Source: Psychrobacter cryohalolentis K5 (GTDB lineage Bacteria; Pseudomonadota; Gammaproteobacteria; Pseudomonadales; Moraxellaceae). From it: 32,000 nt of DNA. The DNA is taken from positions 720,001-752,000 of the forward strand of contig NC_007969.1 of the NCBI RefSeq assembly GCF_000013905.1, given 5' to 3'. Each line of letters starts with the position of its first letter. The stretch's first letter is position 1. Below are positions 1 through 8,410 of the stretch, piece after piece. Below the pieces are notes generated by a model. The model saw nothing but the letters and a program-made list of their open reading frames with translations, did not search any database and was not told the DNA's origin. The translations under genes and the position numbers were made by a program.

Positions 1-584
1 CAAGCCAAATAAAGCATCAATATACCGACCAAGGCATCAAGGATATTCCACGCTTTTGGTTTGGCAAATAATGGTTTGAGTAATCGCGCCCCATAGCCAA
101 GCGCAAAAAAGAAAAAGAATGAAGCGCTGACCGCTCCTACTGCAAAGGCAAGCTTACTACTGGCTCCTGTTGAAACCATACCGACCAGCACCAAGGTATC
201 TAAGTAGACATGTGGATTGAGCCATGTAAAACCAAAGCATAGTAATAATGCCTTTTTTAGGCTAGTGACGACTTGTCCATCGACGGTAAGTGAGTGGGAT
301 AAACGCATACTGGCATACAAGCTTTGCAGTCCGTAACCTAATAAGAATATGACGCCCGCGACCTTGGCAATATTGACCACTTGCGGATAGCGTGCCGTTA
401 CCGCGCCAAAACCGCCAACGCCAGCTGAAATCAACAACGCATCACTGACTGCGCAGAACAGACAGACAAAAAATATGTGCTCGCGTTTGAGCCCTTGTTT
501 GAGTACAAAAGCGTTCTGCGAACCAATAGCGATGATGAGAGATAAGCCAAGCAAAAAACCGGAACTGTAATCGGTGATATTCAT
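1..584 (-). CDS. argO: LysE/ArgO-family basic amino-acid exporter; C-terminus runs off the window edge
   Basis: Absent from the ORF track because it is open to the window edge. Hand translation of the reverse strand from the ATG (complement of 582-584) gives MNITDYSSGFLLGLSLIIAIGSQNAFVLKQGLKREHIFFVCLFCAVSDALLISAGVGG...FGFTWLNPHVYLDTLVLVG...LKPLFAKPKAWNILDALVGILMLYLA with no stops. The GxQNAFVxxQG and TWLNPHVYLDT blocks are the ArgO/LysE signatures as I remember them. Confidence 0.8.
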   Translation of the reverse strand, partial: MNITDYSSGFLLGLSLIIAIGSQNAFVLKQGLKREHIFFVCLFCAVSDALLISAGVGGFGAVTARYPQVVNIAKVAGVIFLLGYGLQSLYASMRLSHSLTVDGQVVTSLKKALLLCFGFTWLNPHVYLDTLVLVGMVSTGASSKLAFAVGAVSASFFFFFALGYGARLLKPLFAKPKAWNILDALVGILMLYLA

Positions 585-707
585 GATGGCTGTCTTATCC
601 TTTAAAAATGCTGACGTTTGCTTACTGGTAGTATGGCAAAAAGCTGTTAAGATAAGGGATTGAATGGTCAAATGCAATCAGTAAATGGGCGAGGAGCAGG
701 GTAAGTT

Positions 708-1451
708 ATGGTCATAAGTTTGACAAGAATGCTACAGTCATTTGGGCAAGCACATGATGACCTGCCAACCGCCGCTGCTAAAAATGCTCAGCAAGCGGCT
801 GCCAATAAACTTACTAATAATAAAAATGATGTCAATACTTCAACGTCTAATGCTTCGCCGCTTACTGAGCCACAGCGTACCGAACGTATTTGTGATGCTT
901 TAGCGCAAGTGTCTGATATTCGTGCACCGACGCCATTGACCGATCGTTATTTGTCCAATCGTGCTCAAATGCGACCGAGTAATAGACCACCTTTTGACCC
1001 AGATACCTTATGGTTTCTTAAACATGGACGCTGTCCGATTATGACTGAGCTTGTGAATGTGGTCGATGCAGCCACGCTAAATGCGATGCCAATTGAAGCA
1101 GTTGCTATTTTAGATAGAATCAATGGCAAATTAAAACGCTATCGTGAATGGAGTAGCGAGCTTAATGATGAGCAGAAGCAGCAACATAATGAGCGGCAGT
1201 TTGTCATTGATAAGCTGATATCTGAAAGTATTCCAGAAGCCTTGCATCATTACGAGCAGCTGCAACGTTTTAGTCCACATCGTACGAAGAATAATGTAGT
1301 ACAGGGTAAAATGACCGCAGGCGATATGCTGACGGATTTGTTTTTAGAGATTGATTATGAGCTTGATGAATTGTTAGAGGAGCTGCATCAAACGGTGATG
1401 AATCGTCTGGCTTCAACCCATCGTTATGTTAAAAGCCGTACGCAAAATTAG
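708..1451 (+). CDS. Hypothetical protein, paralog 1 of a tandem triplet (soluble; Ala/Asn/Thr-rich N-terminus)
   Basis: Track ORF of 247 aa with a purine-rich GGAGCAGGG upstream of the ATG and its own hairpin-plus-T-run terminator downstream. The C-terminal ~110 aa align by eye with ORFs 1767-2411 and 2469-3026. I recognise no named family. Confidence 0.7.
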   Translation: MVISLTRMLQSFGQAHDDLPTAAAKNAQQAAANKLTNNKNDVNTSTSNASPLTEPQRTERICDALAQVSDIRAPTPLTDRYLSNRAQMRPSNRPPFDPDTLWFLKHGRCPIMTELVNVVDAATLNAMPIEAVAILDRINGKLKRYREWSSELNDEQKQQHNERQFVIDKLISESIPEALHHYEQLQRFSPHRTKNNVVQGKMTAGDMLTDLFLEIDYELDELLEELHQTVMNRLASTHRYVKSRTQN

Positions 1452-1517
1452 GCGCCATTTTTCTATTCTGCTAAAAAATAAGCATCAGCAAACACAAACA
1501 ACTCAATGCATAACAAT

Positions 1518-1546
1518 ATAGGGCTTTAATAGAGCCTTATTTTTTT
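1518..1546 (+). terminator. Rho-independent terminator after paralog 1
   Basis: The stem atagggct (1518-1525) pairs with agccttat (1533-1540): 8 bp including one G-U. The loop ttaatag is 7 nt and is followed by tttttt (1541-1546). Confidence 0.6.
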
Positions 1547-1610
1547 GTTTAATAAAATCATTAAATACTATATTCAGTCTTAAATAAGAGAAATATGAAT
1601 ATTATAAAGT

Positions 1611-1680
1611 GCTACTAGGATTAATTTTCGCAGCCTCTGTCTGCGTAGGCACAGTAAGCAAGAAAATTGATCCTAGTAGC
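1611..1680 (+). repeat. Long imperfect inverted repeat or hairpin in the 315-bp spacer upstream of paralog 2
   Basis: The arm gctactaggattaattttc (1611-1629) pairs with gaaaattgatcctagtagc (1662-1680). The arms are 19 nt with one mismatch, which is a G-U wobble only if transcribed from the + strand. The loop is 32 nt. Confidence 0.6.
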
Positions 1681-1766
1681 GCTGTGTTCTTGCAAAAGTG
1701 GAGCAACCATATCAAGAATAATAATAAATTTGCCAAATAATACTATTAAATAATAAGGATAATTTT

Positions 1767-2411
1767 ATGACCCAAATCACTGCCATGCTCGTCATGCTTG
1801 TTTTATATGGAGTGCTACCCGCAGCAGGTCTGTATTTAGGCTATCGTGGTATAAAAAAGGTGACAGCACCCAAAATGCTAGCGTATAAAGCGATGCCGCA
1901 ATTGGGTTATATTCCTGAGAAAAGCTTACCAGTTGATGTTAAAGCTGCATTGACCCAAATTAATGAAAAAGGTGAAAAGCTGAGACTTATTTATGGTGAT
2001 ACCAATAATGATGGCAAGATAGATGATAAAGACGCAGTTAACGAAACTTATATTACCATTCAAAATCTGATGGAGAAACATGTACCACAAGCAGTAGCAG
2101 ATTATCGCCGTTTGCATGACTTAGATGTCGGGGATGGCGCACTTGCTGATAATACTAAAATTAAGCATTCTGATGTCACTGGTAAAGAAGCGCTGTTGGA
2201 TATATTGGGAACTATTAACACCCAGTTTGATGAACTGCTTAATGCATCTTATCATCAAGATGGACAAAAATTATTAGCAACTAATCGATATTTACAACAG
2301 CGTTTTGACAATCCTAATGTAGATATAGATACGCAGTTGTTTGACCATGCTGATGAAGTAAAGACGATCAAAAAACTTGCGGACGATACTGTTAGTAAGG
2401 ATATGAGATAG
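1767..2411 (+). CDS. Hypothetical membrane-anchored protein, paralog 2 of the tandem triplet
   Basis: Track ORF of 214 aa with one N-terminal hydrophobic helix (ITAMLVMLVLYGVLPAAGLYLGY). The C-terminal helical region shares conserved blocks with the flanking ORFs (VPQAVADYRRL; GKEALLDILGTINTQFDELL; LLATNRYL). Confidence 0.7.
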   Translation: MTQITAMLVMLVLYGVLPAAGLYLGYRGIKKVTAPKMLAYKAMPQLGYIPEKSLPVDVKAALTQINEKGEKLRLIYGDTNNDGKIDDKDAVNETYITIQNLMEKHVPQAVADYRRLHDLDVGDGALADNTKIKHSDVTGKEALLDILGTINTQFDELLNASYHQDGQKLLATNRYLQQRFDNPNVDIDTQLFDHADEVKTIKKLADDTVSKDMR

Positions 2412-2468
2412 AGAGTAGTAAATAGTTAAGAGAATCAATGACGGTTGAACGATTAAGAGTAAATTGCT

Positions 2469-3026
2469 ATGAGTGTATTAATAGGCGTTGGTGTCATAAC
2501 GACAATGAGCATCTTCTATCTAAGTAGAAAAGGCTGGCATGCTTTTCATAAAGCGGTTGGTATTACGCCAGGCGTACTTATTTATCAAAATGCTAATGCA
2601 CCATTATCGTTATCTAATATAAGCTGGCAACAATTAAATCTTAATAAAAAGCATCTTAAAGCTTTAGCAGATAATCAGCTACGCCAGCTACAACATATTG
2701 ATGAAAAGGTAGCCAGTTATGATGACTATCAGATAGAGCTAAAGTCACAAGAAAAGATGCCTGAAATCACCGAAGCACCGTTCGTATTGCATAAGATGCT
2801 GCATACACGTTTACCTGAACTACTCAGTAGTTATTATCAACTGACGATTATCAAATCAAATGCTAAAAGCGTCAATAATCAATCACGAGATGAAGCCGGC
2901 AAGTTGCTGCAAGACGTATTAGATAAGATAGAACAACGCTTAGATAGCTTATTAGAACAAATGGAGCAGCAGCAATTACAGGATTTACGAATCATGAAAA
3001 GCTATATTGATAGTCATAATCACTAA
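2469..3026 (+). CDS. Hypothetical membrane-anchored protein, paralog 3 of the tandem triplet
   Basis: Track ORF of 185 aa with an N-terminal hydrophobic helix (VLIGVGVITTMSIFYL). It carries the same conserved blocks (LPELLSSYYQL; AGKLLQDVLDKIEQRLDSLL; LRIMKSYI). Confidence 0.7.
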   Translation: MSVLIGVGVITTMSIFYLSRKGWHAFHKAVGITPGVLIYQNANAPLSLSNISWQQLNLNKKHLKALADNQLRQLQHIDEKVASYDDYQIELKSQEKMPEITEAPFVLHKMLHTRLPELLSSYYQLTIIKSNAKSVNNQSRDEAGKLLQDVLDKIEQRLDSLLEQMEQQQLQDLRIMKSYIDSHNH

Positions 3027-3065
3027 TATGTCAGTGGCTAGAGAATACTTATTAATGTCACATAC

Positions 3066-3105
3066 AAAAAAGCTGCCAATGATTATGTATCATTGGCAGC
3101 TTTTT
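3066..3105. terminator. Bidirectional rho-independent terminator between the convergent paralog 3 and rluB
   Basis: A perfect 12-bp stem: agctgccaatga (3071-3082) pairs with tcattggcagct (3090-3101). The loop is 7 nt. An A5 run lies upstream (3066-3070) and a T5 run downstream (3101-3105), so it can terminate on either strand. Confidence 0.75.
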
Positions 3106-3131
3106 ATTGAGTATGCTAAATCTAAAAAATA

Positions 3132-4064
3132 TTAGCGTTTATCGTTGCGGTCACGGGTATTACGGGTGCCGCGACTGACAGGACTTGCACTGCTTTTCGG
3201 TTTGGCACTACTAGTGCTATTACGATTATCGCCACGAGTGTCAGTACGACGTGCTTTAAGCGGCTTGTTTCTGATACGCTCTTGCTTTTCTTTAGCAGCA
3301 CCATGAAGACCTGTACCATAACGCGGGCGTAAGCTCACTAGGTCTGTTAACGTATTAATGTCTTTTCTATCTAGCTCTAAGAAGCGCCCTGTACGCAGCT
3401 CTTTTGGCAATGTAATATTACCATAGCTCGTACGTAATAGACGGCTGACTTTAAGACCTTGCGATTCAAATAAACGGCGAACTTCACGGTTACGACCTTC
3501 TTTAAGCTGCACATGATGCCACTTGTTGACGCCTTCACCACCGCCTTCCTTAATATCTTCGAACTTAGCCATGCCATCTTCTAACATGACACCTGTTGTC
3601 ATCGCTCGTGCCATATCTGGAGTAACATCGCCCAGTACACGTACGGCATATTCACGCGTCACTTCACTAGAAGGATGCATCAAACGATGCGCCATTTCAC
3701 CATCGTTAGTAAATAATAATAGACCAGTTGAGTTGATATCCAAGCGACCTACCATAACCCAACGATCATGAGTCAGCTTTGGCAAACGCTCAAACACGGT
3801 AGGACGACCTTCTGGATCATTCGCCGAGCATACTTCGCCTTCAGGTTTGTAATAAGCTAAAACGCGACGACGTTTCTCATTTTCAGAAGTATATTTAATC
3901 TGACGACCATCAACGCGAATCTCATCACCTTGTTCAACACGATCACCAATGGTTGCCGGACCATTATTGACAGTCACACGACCTGCTTTAATAACTTCTT
4001 CCATCTGACGACGTGAACCAAGTCCCATACGGGCAAGTGCTTTCTGTAATTTTTCATCTTTCAT
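3132..4064 (-). CDS. rluB: 23S rRNA pseudouridine synthase RluB (S4 domain, RsuA/RluB catalytic core, basic C-terminal tail)
   Basis: Track ORF of 310 aa. The N-terminus KLQKALARMGLGSRRQMEEVIKAGRVTVNG is S4-like. GRLDINSTGLLLFTNDGE is the catalytic Asp motif of the RsuA/RluB/E/F family. The tail is Arg/Lys/Ser-rich. Confidence 0.9.
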   Translation of the reverse strand: MKDEKLQKALARMGLGSRRQMEEVIKAGRVTVNNGPATIGDRVEQGDEIRVDGRQIKYTSENEKRRRVLAYYKPEGEVCSANDPEGRPTVFERLPKLTHDRWVMVGRLDINSTGLLLFTNDGEMAHRLMHPSSEVTREYAVRVLGDVTPDMARAMTTGVMLEDGMAKFEDIKEGGGEGVNKWHHVQLKEGRNREVRRLFESQGLKVSRLLRTSYGNITLPKELRTGRFLELDRKDINTLTDLVSLRPRYGTGLHGAAKEKQERIRNKPLKARRTDTRGDNRNSTSSAKPKSSASPVSRGTRNTRDRNDKR

Positions 4065-4462
4065 AGCGATTTCCTAGAATCGGTGGGTTTACATTTCTCA
4101 ATGTATAAATTTGGACTGCATATTATACGCTATTTCTAAGGGTTATAGATATTATGTTTAAATAATTTTCCACTTTAATATCTGAATGAGGTAAATAATT
4201 TTCATATCATTTGTCCGTTTAAATTGGTTAGTTAAATAAATGAGAGAAGATTTTTTGTAATTTATATGAGCAATAACTATATGCTAAATATTAAGATTTT
4301 TCCATATAAGCCATTTTCTGATAAATCGTAATTTCCATCAAAAATACATGATTATGGTTCAAAATTTAACCACCTATGTTATTATGGTTTTGTTTTTTTG
4401 CACATAATGCAACGCTTTGATATGGCTGTCTGATTCTTTAATGCTAGACGCTACTTATATCT
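4065..4462 (+). promoter_or_regulatory. 398-bp very AT-rich divergent control region upstream of wza (operon promoter or leader; exact sites not resolved)
   Basis: It is the largest non-coding gap in the window, between divergent rluB and wza. The 9-mer attatggtt occurs twice (4351-4359 and 4381-4389), 30 bp apart. Several -10-like hexamers are present, but I cannot single one out. Confidence 0.4.
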
Positions 4463-5560
4463 ATGATTTACAAAGGTCTTTTTATGTTTTTTAATTCATC
4501 AAAGTTACTAGGTATAATGTGTCTGTTGATAGTGGGTATGGTTTCAGGTTGCTCTAGTATCAATGCAGGTCTTCAAGCAGGTGAGCTGCCACCAAGTGGC
4601 GCATTCATCGCTGACAACGGCCTTCATTTTAATATTCAACCGCTAAACCTAGCGACATTACCACCAAAACAAGCAGCGCTTCCAAACAGCAACTTAAGTC
4701 AGTTAATAAGAAACTCTGGTCGAGCAGAGTATCGTATTTCTGCAGGTGATATTCTTAGTATTATATTAGTTGGTTATCCCGATATTACAGCAGCAGGTGC
4801 GTCAGGCTACCCTGTGGATCAGCAAGGGTTTGTTCAATTTCCACTTGTTGGACGTGTTAAAGCGACAGGTATGAGTGTGCCGCAATTCACGGCTAACTTG
4901 CAGAGACAACTACAGCGCTATCTTAAGTTTTCAGATCCACAGGTTAAAATTCTTGATTATCGGGGTAATAAATTTTTTATTGATGGTGAAGTGACTAAAC
5001 CTGGTGAATTTGCAATTGCTGATGCACCAGTTTCGCTGTATAGCGCGATTTCTATGGCTGGTGGTGTAACGCCTACAGGTGATTCAAATAATATTGTGTT
5101 TAATCGTAAAGGGGTAAGCTACAATATTGGGCTGCAATCCTTACGCCAACTAGGGTCTTCTGCCAATCAAATATATCTCCAAGACGGCGACTCTATTCAT
5201 GTTAATAGTCAAAATCGTAATAAAGTATATGTTCTAGGAGAGTTTGGACGTGTAGAGCCTGTCCCAATTTTAGAACAGGGTATTACCTTAGCGCAGGTGA
5301 TAGGTGAATCAAAAGGTCTTGATTCTAATACGGCCAATGCTGCTAAGATATATGTCGTCCGTGATAACCTCAATACCAGAACAACAGACATTTACTATGT
5401 TGATATGCAAACAATTACCAGTTTTGCGCTTGCAAATCGTTTTGAGATGCGTGCCAATGATATTATCTATGTAGATCCTACTGGTTTGACGCGTTGGAAC
5501 CGTGTCCTCAGTGCGTTATTACCATCAACTTCTGCAGTTACTGTTCTTTCTGGCTTATAA
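4463..5560 (+). CDS. wza: Outer-membrane polysaccharide export lipoprotein Wza
   Basis: Track ORF of 365 aa. The likely true start is the second ATG at 4484, giving the signal peptide MFFNSSKLLGIMCLLIVGMVSGC with lipobox VSGC. It has polysaccharide-export (Wza/KpsD-like) domain content and sits immediately before wzb-wzc. Confidence 0.9.
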   Translation: MIYKGLFMFFNSSKLLGIMCLLIVGMVSGCSSINAGLQAGELPPSGAFIADNGLHFNIQPLNLATLPPKQAALPNSNLSQLIRNSGRAEYRISAGDILSIILVGYPDITAAGASGYPVDQQGFVQFPLVGRVKATGMSVPQFTANLQRQLQRYLKFSDPQVKILDYRGNKFFIDGEVTKPGEFAIADAPVSLYSAISMAGGVTPTGDSNNIVFNRKGVSYNIGLQSLRQLGSSANQIYLQDGDSIHVNSQNRNKVYVLGEFGRVEPVPILEQGITLAQVIGESKGLDSNTANAAKIYVVRDNLNTRTTDIYYVDMQTITSFALANRFEMRANDIIYVDPTGLTRWNRVLSALLPSTSAVTVLSGL

Positions 5561-5579
5561 ATAATAGGTAATAACTATC

Positions 5580-6011
5580 ATGGCATTTGATCATATTCTA
5601 GTTGTGTGTGTTGGTAACATTTGTCGTAGTCCAATGGCGGAAGCACTCTTGAAACAGCGTTTTCCTAATAAAATTATTGACTCTGCAGGTGTGGGTGCTT
5701 TGGTTGGTCATCCTGCTGATCCTGCTGCCCTAGAGATTATGTCAAAACAGCAGATTGATATTACCAGTCATATTGCTAAGCAAATTGATGAGCAGTTAGC
5801 AAAAAAAGTGGATCTTATTTTCACTATGTCAGACGGTCAAACTAAGTGGATTGAAGAACGCTGGCCTTTTTGCCGTGGTAAAACCTTTAAACTAGGTCAT
5901 TGGATGAATAAAGACATTGCTGATCCTTACAAGCATGAGATAAGTGCATTCGAGACTGCCCATCAAGACATTGTTGAAGGTATAAAGCAATGGGCCGATA
6001 AAGTTAGCTAA
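5580..6011 (+). CDS. wzb: Low-molecular-weight protein-tyrosine phosphatase Wzb
   Basis: 143 aa, with the CX5R P-loop VCVGNICRSPMAE near the N-terminus and the DP(Y) loop (IADPY). Confidence 0.92.
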   Translation: MAFDHILVVCVGNICRSPMAEALLKQRFPNKIIDSAGVGALVGHPADPAALEIMSKQQIDITSHIAKQIDEQLAKKVDLIFTMSDGQTKWIEERWPFCRGKTFKLGHWMNKDIADPYKHEISAFETAHQDIVEGIKQWADKVS

Positions 6012-6085
6012 GTGACTGTTGTGAATAAATAATTATTATAAAAGATTAATACTAAACGATTACCTCAAGTGATGAACCTACCGTT

Positions 6086-8347
6086 ATGAATACAGATTCG
6101 AAGAATGTATCAAACTCTGCCTCTAAAGAAGACAATGACGAAATCGACTTAATGGCGCTACTTTTTGCCATTTTACGTGGCTGGAAAACTATTGTCTTTT
6201 TTGCTGTTTTGGGTTTGATAGTCGGTATCTTGTATAGTCGGTATGTAAACCCTACTTTTCAATCAGATGCATTGATCCAAATAGATGAGCAGTCAAAGGG
6301 TATTTCTGCATTAGGTTCGGATATCTCTGAGCTGATAGGATCAGAAGCTAGTAAGGCTCAAACAGAGGCAGAGCTCATTAGATCTCGTATGATATTAGAG
6401 CCTGTTGTGAATTTACTGCATCTGCGTATAAAGCTTACTGATCCTACTATCGGCAATGTTGATAGAATAAAACATGCTGTTACGCCTACTCAAATCAATA
6501 AACCTGAAGGCGTTTCACTTAAAACACAAGATGGTGAAGTACAAGTTAGTCAATTTAATGTCTCGCAAGACTACCTCAATCAACCGTTTACGTTAACACG
6601 TTCTGCAACAGGTTTTGTCTTAAGTAATGGCTTTGATGATTTCAAAGGGCAAATCGGTAAGGTACATCAGTTTAGAGGTACGAATGGTCAGATTCACATT
6701 ACAGTAAATAACCTCCCAGCTGATGGTTACCCTATTAATATTACTAAGCAATCATTGCATAATACAACAAACGATATTAATAATGCGCTTTCTGTCCTTG
6801 AGAAAGGTAAACAGACAGGCATTATTGAGATGTCAATGACAGGCACTAATCAACAACAAGTTACATCGATATTAAAACAAATTATTGTATCCTATGTAGA
6901 CCAAAATCAGTCGCGAGGCTCTGAGGAAACCACTCAAACTATTAATTTTATGGAAACTCAGATTCCAACGTTAAAGAAAAAATTAGAAGAGTCAGAAGAA
7001 GTATTTAATAGATTCCGTAAGAAATATGGCACTATTGATGTAAGCAAAGAAGCAGAGCTGTTGTTAACAGAGAACTCGCAAATTGATGTTCAGCTTAATG
7101 AGCTTAAGCTTAAAAAAGCCGATCTAACGACCTATTATACCGAAGAGCATCCATTAGTCATTCAAATCAATGAGCAGCTCAAAGTACTTAATGATAGAAA
7201 GCAAGACATAGATGATACTATTTTAGGACTACCTGAAATACAAAGAGAGTTTTTACAACTATCTGCTGACACAGAGATCAATAGAGAAATATATTTAACT
7301 TTACTGAAAAACTATGAACAGTTAAAAATAGTTAGAGCTGGACAAATTGGCTATGCACGTATTATTGATCTACCGATTAATACTTTTAAAGCGATTGCAC
7401 CGAACAAACTGTTGATTTGGGCATTGGCTGCGTTATTAGGTACGGTACTTGGTACGATATTAGTTCTTATTAAAAATATGCTTCGAAACGTTGTGAAAGA
7501 CCCAGAGCGCCTTGAAGCTAAGACAGGTGTACCTGTTATTGCGACGATTCCACGTTCACCACTATTGACTAGGTTGGGTAAGAAAAAATCTTCAGATAGG
7601 CTACTTGCCTATGCAGATAACAATAGTTTAAGTTATGAAGCCATTAAAAGCTTAAGAACGAATCTGATGTTTGGGATGCCAATCCAAGGACGAGCTGGTC
7701 AGCGTGCCAAAGTTATCTTAATTACTGGTGAAAGTCCGGGAGTAGGTAAGTCTTTTATCTCCTCTAACTTAACAGAAGTATTCGCTCAATTGGATAAAAA
7801 GACTTTAATTATAGATGCAGATATGCGTTTGGGCGAGTTGCATAAAGTGTTTAATATGGACCAATATAATGGTTTAGCGGATTATTTAACACAAGATACA
7901 ACGCATCTATCAAGAAGTAGTACTCAGCTAGCAAAAGTTGATAGTGCTCAAGAACCTAGTCATTTAGCAAGCTTTATCCATTCAACAGGTATTGATAATA
8001 TTGACTTTATGCCACGGGGCGAACATCCTCGCAATCCGGCGTCACTATTAGCTAATGGTAGCTTCGATCATTTGATGACTGAGTTAAATCTTCATTATGA
8101 TTATATTATTATCGACTCACCACCGATATTGGCAGCCTCTGACGCTATGATATTAGCGCAGCATGCTGACAAAGTATTGATGGTGACACGATACGATGAT
8201 TCTATAGAAGGACAATTGGTCTACGCTGTCAATCAGATGAATAAAGCCAATATAAAAGTAGATGGTATTATTTTAAATGATGTACAACAAGGTATTATGA
8301 GCAAATACAGTTATCATTATAGTTATGCTTACGGTAATAATAACTAA
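6086..8347 (+). CDS. wzc: Polysaccharide co-polymerase / BY-kinase tyrosine autokinase Wzc
   Basis: 753 aa. Two TM segments (IVFFAVLGLIVGILY and LLIWALAALLGTVLGTILVLI) flank a coiled periplasmic domain. It has Walker A GESPGVGKS, Walker A' LIIDADMR, Walker B YIIIDSPP and the C-terminal Tyr cluster SKYSYHYSYAYG. Confidence 0.93.
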   Translation: MNTDSKNVSNSASKEDNDEIDLMALLFAILRGWKTIVFFAVLGLIVGILYSRYVNPTFQSDALIQIDEQSKGISALGSDISELIGSEASKAQTEAELIRSRMILEPVVNLLHLRIKLTDPTIGNVDRIKHAVTPTQINKPEGVSLKTQDGEVQVSQFNVSQDYLNQPFTLTRSATGFVLSNGFDDFKGQIGKVHQFRGTNGQIHITVNNLPADGYPINITKQSLHNTTNDINNALSVLEKGKQTGIIEMSMTGTNQQQVTSILKQIIVSYVDQNQSRGSEETTQTINFMETQIPTLKKKLEESEEVFNRFRKKYGTIDVSKEAELLLTENSQIDVQLNELKLKKADLTTYYTEEHPLVIQINEQLKVLNDRKQDIDDTILGLPEIQREFLQLSADTEINREIYLTLLKNYEQLKIVRAGQIGYARIIDLPINTFKAIAPNKLLIWALAALLGTVLGTILVLIKNMLRNVVKDPERLEAKTGVPVIATIPRSPLLTRLGKKKSSDRLLAYADNNSLSYEAIKSLRTNLMFGMPIQGRAGQRAKVILITGESPGVGKSFISSNLTEVFAQLDKKTLIIDADMRLGELHKVFNMDQYNGLADYLTQDTTHLSRSSTQLAKVDSAQEPSHLASFIHSTGIDNIDFMPRGEHPRNPASLLANGSFDHLMTELNLHYDYIIIDSPPILAASDAMILAQHADKVLMVTRYDDSIEGQLVYAVNQMNKANIKVDGIILNDVQQGIMSKYSYHYSYAYGNNN

Positions 8348-8410
8348 TATGTATTTGAGACAGACTGTATTACCTTAATTATTAGTATTTAAACGAAATA
8401 GTTGCTTGAT

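Noticed and set aside
4065-4462. Searched for a JUMPStart/ops element (GGCGGTAG) upstream of the capsule operon.
   Set aside because: The 8-mer is not present in this region on visual inspection, so no RfaH-type antitermination site is claimed.
8402-8410. TTG start at 8402 for the CapD-type dehydratase, as given in the track.
   Set aside because: An in-frame ATG follows three codons later, at 8411. Either could be real, and I preferred the ATG. This does not affect the functional call.
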